Origin: an uncultured Rhizobium sp.
Lineage (GTDB): Bacteria > Pseudomonadota > Alphaproteobacteria > Rickettsiales > UBA1997
Reading direction: 5' to 3'
Length of the DNA: 64,000 nt
Assembly: GCA_964506725.1 (NCBI GenBank)
Contig: CAZDLU010000008.1
Span: 73 to 64,072, forward strand
The notes under the pieces were generated by a model, which was given only the letters and a program-made list of their open reading frames with translations, ran no database searches and was not told the origin of the DNA. The translations under genes and the position numbers were made by a program. Shown piece by piece: positions 27,029-36,430 of the stretch (its first letter is position 1; every line of letters starts with the position of its first letter).

Positions 27029-30000
27029 TTAATCAAATTGTGTTCTGACGCCTTGAGCTTTACCCGCAGAAGCAGCAGCGGCATCGGTAACTGCAATTAC
27101 AGTAGGTGGATTTTGTTTTGCTTGGTCAATTATTAGTTGTGCTAAGGCTGAGGATAAGATTTCATTATCTTCGCAATTGGTTTTGATTGATATATCATCG
27201 TCATTCTCGCTCATAACATCTATTTCAAATTTATCAGGAGGTAATAATTTTTGAAGTTTTGTTAATGTTTCTTTACTGCTTTCAATAAAAAATTTTCCTT
27301 CATATAGCATAGCAGTAATATTTGGAGAAGTGCTTAACTGCGAGGACCCACCACTTTCTTTTAAGATACGTAGCTTAGAATTAATTTCTTGATTAATTAA
27401 ATCTTTATGCTGCTTATCAATAATGATGTCTGTTAATTTTGATGATAAGGTTTTTATGGTTGCTTCATCAGTATAAACTGACTTGATATCTGACTCTACT
27501 ATAACGGTAAAGTTTTTTTCCGTTTTATTTTTTAATATTTCAATTTCATAGTCCGGAATACTTAAACTTTCTTTTTCTGTTGCTTGAAGATTTTCAATCA
27601 ATGATAAAAGATGATTAGCTGTAACGGCCTTTGCTAGAGCTAAAGATAGAAATTTAATGTTTTCCGGAGTTACGTGTTCTTGTTTTATAAAATAAATTCC
27701 ATCTTTATTCTCTAGTCCAAATTCTCTATCATTGTTAAGCTTTCTCAATGTTGTAACAAGAGTATCTTCGATTTGCGGAGGGCATGTAATAATTAAATTA
27801 GAAGCATCATCTAAACATAAACAAAAAAGCCCGGATGAATGTCTAACGTCATCTCTTTTTCTATTCAAAAGATCATTAATTGCTTCTTTAATTTCAATTG
27901 CATTAATAGGTTGATATGTTGGAAAGTCTGAATTAGTAAATCCTGGTATGGTATCTACTAAAAAAGCTCCGGAGCCGCCGGCAGCAGCTATCACGGGCTG
28001 TGGCGCGGCAGTCGCCGAAGCCTTTCCGTCAGAACTTTCGCCGGTTGAATGAATCTCTTCTGCTAAGAGAAATCCAGGATTTTTTAAATTAAAATAATTC
28101 CGCATCATGCCGCATAAGTTTTTTACGACTTCTTTTTCTGCGTCATTTTTTCCTAATTCTGATTCTAAAGTTTTTAATATATTGCCAAATTCCGGTAGGA
28201 ATTTTCTATCTTCAAAAATAATATTCATCGTGCTCATTAGTGATGACACGGATCTTATATAAGCGTTGTCTTTATCTTGTGGACTTGCATTTTGAATAAG
28301 AGTCAATCGCGCTTCGAGAGAAATTCTAAGACTTCTTATTTCGCTACTTTTCATTATTGTCGGTGACACAAGAGACCTTGACGCAGAAGCGGCTGCGGCA
28401 GCATCTGTTCTGCTTTTTGCACTTTCTTCATGAAAAATAGCGGCGACTTCTTGGCTATTTTTCATTTTAGAAAGTTCATCAATATATTTTAGAGCGGCAT
28501 CGCATAAAAATGATCTTCCTTCCGTTGCCGGATTTGAATCGCGATATTTAATTATATGACTGCGAGCATCTTTATAATTGCCACCCAAACTTGAAATAAC
28601 GTGCTGTGTCAGCTCTTGTACTTTTAAAGAAAATTCTATGCAGGCCGGCGCTAAGTGTTGGTTAAAAGTTTCATATTTTTTGATTCTTTCTAGAGTAGTA
28701 CTTACTGTTGTTTCTAATTTATCAATAAAGCGTTCTAGGTCTTTTACGTTATCATTTCTTGAATCTATCGCATCATCATATTTCGATTCAGTTGCTTCAC
28801 CTCCTGATCCAGCTTTGGCAGAAGCGGCTTCTGTAGGTGCGCCAGGAAGTTTTGATTTATCTTTAAAAGTTTCAAGATATTCCAAAGCCAAACCGCACAA
28901 AGCTACTCTTCCGCCGGTTTTTTCGCTTGTTCTTAAATAATCATCAATTACATAATCGCAGAATTCTCGACCACATTCCTGACCTTTATTATAGGTTTCA
29001 AAAAGATGCCGCATCCTACTTTCTAATTCTGCAAAAATTCTTTTACATTCATCGGCATCTTCACCTATATATTCATTAGTTCTATCCGGATTTCTTCCTA
29101 GCTTTGTTAAAAAATCATATACGGTTTTTTCTGATTTATTAATGAATTGTTTAAGCTCTTCTGCGGCAGTTATATAAGGTACCGGTTTTTTGTCGTCGGT
29201 AGGCGTTTCAACTCGAGTTAGATTCCAAAAGTGAGATTGTTTAAAAGGTGATGAATCTGCGGAAGCTGCCCCTGCGCCTGTTGCGGCATAATGAAAATCA
29301 TAGGAATAAAGTGGTACGCAGAATCGTTGCGCTGTGTCAAATGGAGTATATGCTGAATAATCTTTTTCTTTTTCTAAATCCTTATAGTCATATATCATTT
29401 TTTTTACATCATAGTTATCGTCTTCTAATATTTCTAACATTTCTCCCAATGTTTCTTTAAAAACTTTTCTATAACGAGCGCCATATCCATTATTTATTGC
29501 TATGTCTTGCGGAGTTTTGCCTTCTCTATTCTTGTTATTAAAAACTTCATAAGCTTTTCCTTCTTGGTGACGCTCAATAAAAACATGATTAACATCCGGG
29601 CATGGGACTTCAGCCGCTAAATGAGCAAGAGAATTTCCGTTATGGTCTGTGGTTTTTAATAACTTATTTAATTTTTCACTATCATCTTCTCCTCTATAAA
29701 AAGGAGAACGAACAACACCATCCCAAATATTATGAATATTTTGAAAATCTTCTAAAGACATCTCTGATAGCTTATACCGATTGAGTCCATTTTTTAATTT
29801 TAGGAAGTCGTTTACTATTGTTTTATTTTCTTGATATTCTTTGCCATACCCCGATTCAATTGCAATTTCTTCTGCGTCTTTATTATCGGCATTTTTCCTT
29901 GCAAGAAATTCAGAAGCTTGCGGAACCGCTAAATAGCTATGAAGAACAACATTATTAATATCGGAAGATTCAATGCGAGCTGCAAGATGAGCAAGGGTAT

Positions 30001-31384
30001 TACCGTCTTCGTCTATAAAACCCAATAATTCCCGCAATCTTTCTTCTCCATTTATTCCACCACGTGCGGATATAGTTTCATCGGTATAATGAGGAAGGTT
30101 TATGATATGATAAAAAACTTCTTTAAATTGCTGTAAATCTTGCGGCGTTTTAGTTGATGCGGAATAAGTAGTAATCACGTCCTTTAATCTATGGAAATCA
30201 TCGGCTACAAATTCGTAATTACCGATACTTGCAATAGCACTTGCTGGATTGAAAGGTCGATCATACGCATCAATTTCGTCTTTAGTTATTTCAGCTTCAA
30301 CCTCTGTTATTGCTTGAACCAGCGTTTCAATATAATCTCTGGTGATATATAGCGATCCATTTTCAATAAGAGCAGAGTTTGTAAATGCATCATTAGTTTC
30401 TTCTAACTTCTTACATTTGGCAAAAATCTTTTCTCTAATTAGCGGATGACAGCTAATTCCAAGAAAATGACTATAATTAATTGCGGCAAGTTGTTGTTGG
30501 TGCTTGAAAGGTATTAAAACATACTCCTCTAAATCAAGATTTTTAAGTAGCTCGCATGTTTGACTAGCTTTGGGTGAGAGTGATGAAGATACAGCACCGG
30601 CTCTGGCTTTTCCATCGCTTCCGCTTGTTACGGCCGCTGTCGCTTCTGTAATTCCCAAGATGAAGTTATTTTTCTCTAAAGCTTGCGGAAAAATATGTGC
30701 AACACTTCTAAAAAAATCTGTAAAATCATTCGGGCTTGTTTTTTTAAGTTCTCCCGTAACTCTATCTCTATCTACTACGGCCGGAGATACTGAATAAGAA
30801 TCTCCGTTATTTTCTAATTTTATTCCGCAGAAATTGCTGTCATTGCTTTCAAGGGTATCTGAATTGTGTAAACTTTTTTTACCTTCCTTTTGGATTCTAA
30901 TTAAATATTTATCTTTGGTGTGATTTTCTATAAGGTTCCAATTAATTCCGGGATTTTCTCCTTTGCTTTCCATTTCTCTTAGACGAATAAAACAATGAAG
31001 CAAAATTTCTTCCTGATTACTACAATTATCGATGTCTTTATATTTTGAGAGATTTTCAGCCAATCTATCACTTGCTCTTCTATCTTCTTCAAGCTTTTTT
31101 TGTTTTTCAGCATCATCAAATAATGGTGGAAACACTCCATCATTATTCCTTCTTTGCACTAAATGCATTGTAGTAACTGTCCCTATGTCATTATAAGTCT
31201 CAGTGGTTATATCTCTGCCGCGATCTATAAGCCTTGTATTAGAAATGCCGATTCTTCTTAGATCATCAAGAAAATCGCTTATTGTAAAGCCTGGTTCAAA
31301 AATTACCGGTATCCTTAATGTTGAGCCATCAAGAGTTCTGGTTAGTGCATATTTTTTTCCAAGAAGAAGGGAATTGTTGGGCAT
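27029..31384 (-). CDS. giant ankyrin-repeat-containing modular protein, candidate effector
   Basis: 1451 aa. Two clear ankyrin-type units (DEDGNTLAHLAARIESSDIN...; DHNGNSLAHLAAEVPCPDVN...KNREGKTPQDIAINNGY). Internally duplicated helical modules. Ser/Ala/Gly-rich linkers like those in 21245..23680. The N-terminal ~80 aa look ubiquitin-like. Confidence 0.7.
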   Translation of the reverse strand: MPNNSLLLGKKYALTRTLDGSTLRIPVIFEPGFTISDFLDDLRRIGISNTRLIDRGRDITTETYNDIGTVTTMHLVQRRNNDGVFPPLFDDAEKQKKLEEDRRASDRLAENLSKYKDIDNCSNQEEILLHCFIRLREMESKGENPGINWNLIENHTKDKYLIRIQKEGKKSLHNSDTLESNDSNFCGIKLENNGDSYSVSPAVVDRDRVTGELKKTSPNDFTDFFRSVAHIFPQALEKNNFILGITEATAAVTSGSDGKARAGAVSSSLSPKASQTCELLKNLDLEEYVLIPFKHQQQLAAINYSHFLGISCHPLIREKIFAKCKKLEETNDAFTNSALIENGSLYITRDYIETLVQAITEVEAEITKDEIDAYDRPFNPASAIASIGNYEFVADDFHRLKDVITTYSASTKTPQDLQQFKEVFYHIINLPHYTDETISARGGINGEERLRELLGFIDEDGNTLAHLAARIESSDINNVVLHSYLAVPQASEFLARKNADNKDAEEIAIESGYGKEYQENKTIVNDFLKLKNGLNRYKLSEMSLEDFQNIHNIWDGVVRSPFYRGEDDSEKLNKLLKTTDHNGNSLAHLAAEVPCPDVNHVFIERHQEGKAYEVFNNKNREGKTPQDIAINNGYGARYRKVFKETLGEMLEILEDDNYDVKKMIYDYKDLEKEKDYSAYTPFDTAQRFCVPLYSYDFHYAATGAGAASADSSPFKQSHFWNLTRVETPTDDKKPVPYITAAEELKQFINKSEKTVYDFLTKLGRNPDRTNEYIGEDADECKRIFAELESRMRHLFETYNKGQECGREFCDYVIDDYLRTSEKTGGRVALCGLALEYLETFKDKSKLPGAPTEAASAKAGSGGEATESKYDDAIDSRNDNVKDLERFIDKLETTVSTTLERIKKYETFNQHLAPACIEFSLKVQELTQHVISSLGGNYKDARSHIIKYRDSNPATEGRSFLCDAALKYIDELSKMKNSQEVAAIFHEESAKSRTDAAAAASASRSLVSPTIMKSSEIRSLRISLEARLTLIQNASPQDKDNAYIRSVSSLMSTMNIIFEDRKFLPEFGNILKTLESELGKNDAEKEVVKNLCGMMRNYFNLKNPGFLLAEEIHSTGESSDGKASATAAPQPVIAAAGGSGAFLVDTIPGFTNSDFPTYQPINAIEIKEAINDLLNRKRDDVRHSSGLFCLCLDDASNLIITCPPQIEDTLVTTLRKLNNDREFGLENKDGIYFIKQEHVTPENIKFLSLALAKAVTANHLLSLIENLQATEKESLSIPDYEIEILKNKTEKNFTVIVESDIKSVYTDEATIKTLSSKLTDIIIDKQHKDLINQEINSKLRILKESGGSSQLSTSPNITAMLYEGKFFIESSKETLTKLQKLLPPDKFEIDVMSENDDDISIKTNCEDNEILSSALAQLIIDQAKQNPPTVIAVTDAAAASAGKAQGVRTQFD

Positions 31385-31414
31385 AGATTTTAATTAAAAA
31401 TGATATAGAACTTT

Positions 31415-31442
31415 GAGTGATTTTAAAATCACTCGAGTGATT
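31415..31442. promoter_or_regulatory. perfect 20-bp palindrome plus an extra half-site upstream of the giant effector gene
   Basis: gagtgatttt|aaaatcactc (31415-31434), followed at once by gagtgatt (31435-31442). It lies 31-58 nt upstream of the start codon at 31384 (minus strand). Operator-like; its function is unknown. Confidence 0.3.
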
Positions 31443-31552
31443 AAGTTAACTAACTCTATTAAGCAAGTATAAACTTTCTCATATTTCTGCCGGTGATTTT
31501 GAAGATCAGAACTGATATTTTTCCCCTGATCCTGAAAAAATAAATTTAATTT

Positions 31553-31894
31553 ATGACAGTAAAAATTTATCACAATCCAAAATGCAGCAAGTCACGCCAG
31601 GTCTTGGATCTTATAAAAAACAAAGGCATTGCGCCTGAAATGGTTTTATATTTAGAAAAGCGTTTAAGTTTTGCTGAAGTTGAAGAGATATTGCAAATGC
31701 TGAAATTGCGGCCGCGTGATATTATGAGAAAAGGGGAAGAGGAATATAAAAATTTTGCTGATCTGAATCTGAGCGATCATGATTTAATTGCGGCGATAGT
31801 AGAAAATCCGAAATTGTTGGAAAGGCCGATTGTAGTTAATGGTAACAAAGCTGCTATTGGCAGGCCGCCGGAAAATGTTTTGGGGATTTTGTAG
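31553..31894 (+). CDS. arsC: arsenate reductase, glutaredoxin-coupled ArsC family
   Basis: 113 aa. IYHNPKCSKSRQVL matches the R773 ArsC catalytic-Cys motif (YHNP.C..SR). ERPIVV... near the C-terminus. Confidence 0.75.
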   Translation: MTVKIYHNPKCSKSRQVLDLIKNKGIAPEMVLYLEKRLSFAEVEEILQMLKLRPRDIMRKGEEEYKNFADLNLSDHDLIAAIVENPKLLERPIVVNGNKAAIGRPPENVLGIL

Positions 31895-31943
31895 ATCTTG
31901 GGAAAAAAGATTTTGTTATAGTTGATGAGTCGGCTCTACTTTC

Positions 31944-33326
31944 TTATATAAGATGTTTCCGTTTTAAATGTCGTGGTGAAATCGCGCCGCAAGAATGAGC
32001 AATCATTTCAACTTCAGTAATTATACTGTTTACATAATTGGCGACATGAACCGCTTTCGTTTGTGGCTTCAAGGATTTCTGCAAATATTTATTATGCGTG
32101 GCAATTCCGGTTGGACAAGTGTCTTCGTCGCAGCGTAGTGATTGAATGCAACCTAAAGTAAACATAAATCCTCGTGCCGAATTAATATAATCAGCTCCTT
32201 GTGCCAACGCCCAAGCGACTTCGAGCGCTGTTACTAATTTTCCTGATGCAATTATTTTTATGCGCTCGCGCAAATTATGTTCAGTAATTTTATCAACAAC
32301 TAAAGGTAGCGATTGCTTAATCGAAAGACCAACTCCTTGCATCAATAAAATCGGCGCGGCGCCGCTGCCGCCTTCAGCGCCGTCAATTGTGATAAAATCC
32401 GGCGCATCTTTTAAATCGCGTTTTTTTACTTCATTACAAAATTCATCTAACCAATCTGCTTCTGAAATTACTGTTTTAAATCCGACCGGTTTGTCACTTA
32501 ATTTTTTAAGTTGGGAAATGAAATCAAGCAATTCACAAGTGTTGGAAATTTCTTCGTGACGATTCGGTGAAATGGAATTTTGGCCTTCGGGAATTAAACG
32601 CATTTCAGCAACTTCGCGCGTAACTTTTTTACCGGGCAAAATCCCGCCTTTGCCTGGTTTGGCACCTTGGCTTAATTTTAATTCGATCATTTTTACTTGC
32701 GGATGCGAGGTTAATATTTGAAATTTTTCGGGACTAAAATGACCGTCTATGGTGCGTGCGCCGTATTTGGCAGTTCCCATTTGATAAACTATGTCGCAAT
32801 TACCTTCCAAATGATGCGGCGAAATTCCGCCTTCACCGGTGTTTAAAAAACATCCGGCAAGTTTGGCACCATGCGAAAGCGCTCTGACAGCGGCTTCGGA
32901 AAGCGCGCCGTAACTCATTGCGGAAATATTAAAAAAAGAATTTGGGCGGTAAGGATTTTTGCAATAAGGGCCGATCACTAATTTTGCGGCAGGTTTTCCT
33001 TCACTTACTTTGATGGGAAATACGGCACTGGCAAAAACTATGTCAGATTTAAAATTAATTTTTTTAGTTGAACCAAAACCTTGCAAATGAAAGTCATCAC
33101 CATTTTTTGCTTTCTCGATATATTCCATAACGCCGCGCGAAAAAGGTAGACCTTCCCAATTTTTTAGTGAAAAATAATCACGGAAAAAAACGCCAAGTTT
33201 AATGAGGAGAGGGCGTAGATGGCCGATTATGGGATAGTTGTGGTAGAGGGGATTTTTATTTTGGAGTAAATCGTAGAGAAATATTATGAGGGTGACGGTG
33301 AATATAAAAGTTAGTAAAGTGAGCAT
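31944..33326 (-). CDS. FMN-binding glutamate synthase family protein (GltB domain-2-like)
   Basis: 460 aa. N-terminal TM helix, then LKLSQGAKPGKGGILPG, ITIDGAEGGSGAAP, GKLVTA...ALGAD. Confidence 0.8.
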   Translation of the reverse strand: MLTLLTFIFTVTLIIFLYDLLQNKNPLYHNYPIIGHLRPLLIKLGVFFRDYFSLKNWEGLPFSRGVMEYIEKAKNGDDFHLQGFGSTKKINFKSDIVFASAVFPIKVSEGKPAAKLVIGPYCKNPYRPNSFFNISAMSYGALSEAAVRALSHGAKLAGCFLNTGEGGISPHHLEGNCDIVYQMGTAKYGARTIDGHFSPEKFQILTSHPQVKMIELKLSQGAKPGKGGILPGKKVTREVAEMRLIPEGQNSISPNRHEEISNTCELLDFISQLKKLSDKPVGFKTVISEADWLDEFCNEVKKRDLKDAPDFITIDGAEGGSGAAPILLMQGVGLSIKQSLPLVVDKITEHNLRERIKIIASGKLVTALEVAWALAQGADYINSARGFMFTLGCIQSLRCDEDTCPTGIATHNKYLQKSLKPQTKAVHVANYVNSIITEVEMIAHSCGAISPRHLKRKHLI

Positions 33327-33354
33327 AAATTAAGCTAAATTTTTCTTGATCTTG

Positions 33355-33473
33355 TCATCCTTTCCTTGAGGGATGATCGGTTAACGAAGTGAGCCGAGGA
33401 GGGGATAATTTCCGAGTAAAACCCCTCCTCGAAGCTGTTGCACAGCTTCGATCCTCCCTCAAGGGGAGGATGA
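33355..33473. repeat. RPE-like palindromic element (family 1), intergenic copy
   Basis: 119 bp: tcatcctttccttgagggatgatcgg...gaggagggg...cccctcctcgaagctgttgcacagcttcgatcctccctcaaggggaggatga. Same architecture as the copies at 37423, 40729 and 41780. Confidence 0.85.
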
Positions 33474-33503
33474 TAAGATCGAGGAAACTAATTAAACACA
33501 AAA

Positions 33504-33546
33504 ATGGGCCATGCTACTTTCGAGCAAAAGTACATGGCCCATTTTT
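33504..33546 (-). terminator. rho-independent terminator of the poxB-like gene
   Basis: atgggccatgctacttt...aaagtacatggcccat hairpin starting 3 nt past the stop. On the minus strand it is followed by a T-rich tract (ttttgtgttt). Confidence 0.7.
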
Positions 33547-35212
33547 AAAAATTTTCTTTAATTTTGGCTTTTGCATAATTAAAAACTTCTGTCGCAGAAA
33601 TTTTTGGTGGCATGAAAAGTTCGTCCGGATCAATCATAACATTTACGATGAAAGGTAATTCGCTGCTGAAAGCCTCGTCCAACGCTGCTTGCAAATATTT
33701 TTCCTCGCGCACCAAAATTCCATCACCGCCGCAAATTTTGGCAAACTCGGCAAAATCACAATTGCGCATGTCGGTTTCATAATCAGGCACGCCGGCTTTT
33801 CCTTCTTGTTCGAGCGTGATTAAACCAAGTTTGGAATTGTTAAAAATGATTATGACAATTTTTAAATTATGTTTTACCGCCGTAATAAAATCAGTCATCA
33901 ACATCGAAAATCCGCCGTCTCCGGTGACGCATATTATTTGTTTGTCAGGATATAAAAGTTTGGCGCCGATAGACGCGCCAAGGCTGAAAGCCATGGTGGC
34001 GAGCGAGCCTGATAAAATATAACGCTGTCCTTTTTTCATTTGTAAATAGCGCGCGTTCCACGCTGTCACAAGTCCGGTGTCAGAAATTATAATCGCATTT
34101 TTATCAGCCGTTTCGCCGATGAGATAAGCCAAGCGCTGTGGTTTTATCGGGTTTGATTTGTTGTTAACGTCTCTTGCAACTTCATTTTGCCAATCACTTT
34201 TATGTTGCTTTATTAGCTGTAAAAAATCTTGATTTGGTTTTTCTTTTATCAAAGGCAGAAGTTGATTGAGAATTATTTTAGCGTCTCCGGCAAGTGCTAC
34301 GTCTAGCGGAATTCTGCGGCCTAAGTGATGCGGATTAATGTCAATTTGAATGGCTTTTTTTTGTGCCGGTAAAAAATCAAAATAAGGAAAATCAGTTCCG
34401 ATCAACATTATCAAATCACAATCTTCCAAGGCTTTGGCACTAGGTTTTACGCCAAGCGCGCCAATTCCGCCAATTGACAAAGGATGATTTTCTAAAAATA
34501 ATTCCTTGCCTTTTAAAGCGTGAACAATCGGCGCGGACAAACGCTTCGCCAGTTCAAATACTTCGTCAACTGCATCATAACAACCAATGCCGCCGACTAT
34601 TACAATTTTGTCGTGATTGTTTAGTAAATCTGTTGCGGCTTTAATGGAATTGGCATTCGCGAGAGTTCCAATTTTTGGCGTTGGTGTAAATTTCCATTTA
34701 TCGGGATTCGGCACTTTTTGACTGGCAATATCAACCGGAATATTTAAATGCGCCACACCGCGATGAGTGAGAGCGGCCTTGATTGCTTGCAGTGCTGCGT
34801 AAGGAAATTGTTCAGCGTTGGTGATGACTTGGTTATAAATGGCCACATCGCTAAATAATTTATGCAGATCAACTTCTTGATGATAATTGCTGCCGATAAA
34901 GCGAGTTTCAACTTGTCCGGTAATGGCGAGCATCGGCGCAAAATCAGCTTTCGCATCATATAAACCGTTGAGAAGATGTATAGCGCCGGGGCCCGCCGTT
35001 CCACAACAAACTCCCAAGTTTCCGCTTAACTTTGCTTGGGCAGAAGCCGCAAAAGCGCCGTTTTCTTCGTGATTCACGTGGACGAATTTTATTTTATCTT
35101 GAAGGCGAATGGCTTCGGTTAGGGCATTGATAGCATCTCCCGGCACACCGAATATTTGGCGCACGCCGGTATCGCTGAGTAATTTTATTAGAACGTCGCA
35201 TACTGTGCTCAT
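33545..35212 (-). CDS. poxB: pyruvate oxidase / pyruvate dehydrogenase (quinone)-like TPP enzyme
   Basis: Collinear with E. coli PoxB as recalled (GVRQIFGVPGD, HEENGAFAASAQAKLSG, GDGGFSMLM, IIFNNSKLG, C-terminal membrane-binding tail). I chose the start at MSTVCDV (35212). The ORF extends to 35248, but those 12 codons lie inside a palindromic element. Confidence 0.8.
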   Translation of the reverse strand: MSTVCDVLIKLLSDTGVRQIFGVPGDAINALTEAIRLQDKIKFVHVNHEENGAFAASAQAKLSGNLGVCCGTAGPGAIHLLNGLYDAKADFAPMLAITGQVETRFIGSNYHQEVDLHKLFSDVAIYNQVITNAEQFPYAALQAIKAALTHRGVAHLNIPVDIASQKVPNPDKWKFTPTPKIGTLANANSIKAATDLLNNHDKIVIVGGIGCYDAVDEVFELAKRLSAPIVHALKGKELFLENHPLSIGGIGALGVKPSAKALEDCDLIMLIGTDFPYFDFLPAQKKAIQIDINPHHLGRRIPLDVALAGDAKIILNQLLPLIKEKPNQDFLQLIKQHKSDWQNEVARDVNNKSNPIKPQRLAYLIGETADKNAIIISDTGLVTAWNARYLQMKKGQRYILSGSLATMAFSLGASIGAKLLYPDKQIICVTGDGGFSMLMTDFITAVKHNLKIVIIIFNNSKLGLITLEQEGKAGVPDYETDMRNCDFAEFAKICGGDGILVREEKYLQAALDEAFSSELPFIVNVMIDPDELFMPPKISATEVFNYAKAKIKENF

Positions 35213-35230
35213 AAATATTTTGTATTTATT

Positions 35231-35329
35231 AAAACCATTCATAGTCATGCTGAGCCTGTCGAAGCATATGTCTCAAGCTCGGAGCGCACCACATGCTTCG
35301 ACAGGCTCAGCATGACTATTAATGGTTTT
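35231..35329. repeat. family-2 palindromic element, full copy
   Basis: aaaaccattcatagtcatgctgagcctgtcgaagcat (35231-35267) and its near-perfect reverse complement atgcttcgacaggctcagcatgactattaatggtttt (35293-35329). Confidence 0.85.
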
Positions 35330-35431
35330 AAATAATTAAATTTTTTGATCTAAATCCATGAGTTCTATTCAAGTTTAAAGTTGAATAAAAAATCAGTTCT
35401 AAAAAATTTGCTAAATATAAAGGAGACATAA

Positions 35432-36262
35432 ATGTGCAGATGGATCGCCTATAAGGGAGCGCCGATTTTTATTGATACTCTTGTCACCAAACCTGATTAT
35501 TCCTTGGTCGCGCAAAGCATGAATTCGCGTTACTCTTACAAAGCAGATGGAAGTATTTTGGCGGTAAATGGTGATGGCTTCGGTCTTGGGTGGTATGCTT
35601 ATAGGAATGAGCCCGCTTTATTTAAAACGGCGGAACCGGCTTGGGCCAATGAAAACATTAATGAAATTTGCTCGCATGTTAAAGCTCATATTTTTATGTC
35701 TCATGTGCGCGCCGCATCTTCCGGTGCAATTGAGCGCAACAATGCTCATCCGTTTAAATATAAAAATTGGTTGTTTCAACATAACGGTTATTTGAATCAG
35801 TTTGCTTTGATAAAAAGAGATCTGCAATTTGCCATAGTTCCGGAATTTTTTAATTATCTTCAAGGAACGACTGATAGCGAAGTTTTATTTCTTTTGGCTC
35901 TAACTTATGGGCTTGAAAATAATCCGAAAATGGCGTTGGAAAAAGTGATAAATAAAACACAGGAAATATGTGAGAAAAATAAGGTTGCATTTGATCTGGT
36001 AATGTCCTGTGCGCTAAGTGACGGCAATTCGCTTTATACTATTCGCTTTGCGACTGGGAATTTTATACATACTCAATATTATTCTACTCACGAAGATTGT
36101 ATGAAAAGCATCGATAAAAATGGCGTTTCAATTCCTCGAGGAAGTTTCGTTGTCGTTTCCGAGCCGTTGGATAAGGATATGGAACATTGGGAAGAGATGC
36201 CGGTTGGGGCTTTCGCTACTATTAATAGCGGCAAAATCAAGATAGAAGTTTTAAATATCTGA
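35432..36262 (+). CDS. class II (Ntn-type) glutamine amidotransferase, EgtC/YafJ-like
   Basis: 276 aa, starting MCRWIAYKG (the N-terminal nucleophile Cys follows Met). NGDGFGLGWY, HVRAASSG...NAHPF, FQHNGY. Confidence 0.75.
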   Translation: MCRWIAYKGAPIFIDTLVTKPDYSLVAQSMNSRYSYKADGSILAVNGDGFGLGWYAYRNEPALFKTAEPAWANENINEICSHVKAHIFMSHVRAASSGAIERNNAHPFKYKNWLFQHNGYLNQFALIKRDLQFAIVPEFFNYLQGTTDSEVLFLLALTYGLENNPKMALEKVINKTQEICEKNKVAFDLVMSCALSDGNSLYTIRFATGNFIHTQYYSTHEDCMKSIDKNGVSIPRGSFVVVSEPLDKDMEHWEEMPVGAFATINSGKIKIEVLNI

Positions 36263-36430
36263 TCTTGAATACAGGCTCTAGAAGACCAAAAAGATCAGGA
36301 GTTCCTACCATTAAATAGGTGCCAGGTACCTTTTTATATTTTTTGCTATATTGAAATAAATTTTTAAATTATTACGTTAGAAAAATTGCATCCACTCAAA
36401 CTCATCCATTTTCAATTTAATTCTTTAAAT

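Noticed and set aside
33389-33658. 89-aa ORF (and similar ORFs 37344..37538, 37361..37660, 40706..40888, 40710..40931, 41757..42098) containing strings such as [16 protein letters not shown] / RSSLKGRI
   Set aside because: These ORFs exist only because the palindromic RPE-like element is open in several frames on both strands. They overlap real genes or spacers and have no independent coding signal.
35213-35248. First 12 codons (MTMNGFNKYKIF) of the poxB-like ORF
   Set aside because: They are encoded by the arm of the family-2 palindrome. The PoxB alignment starts at the next Met (MSTVCDV).
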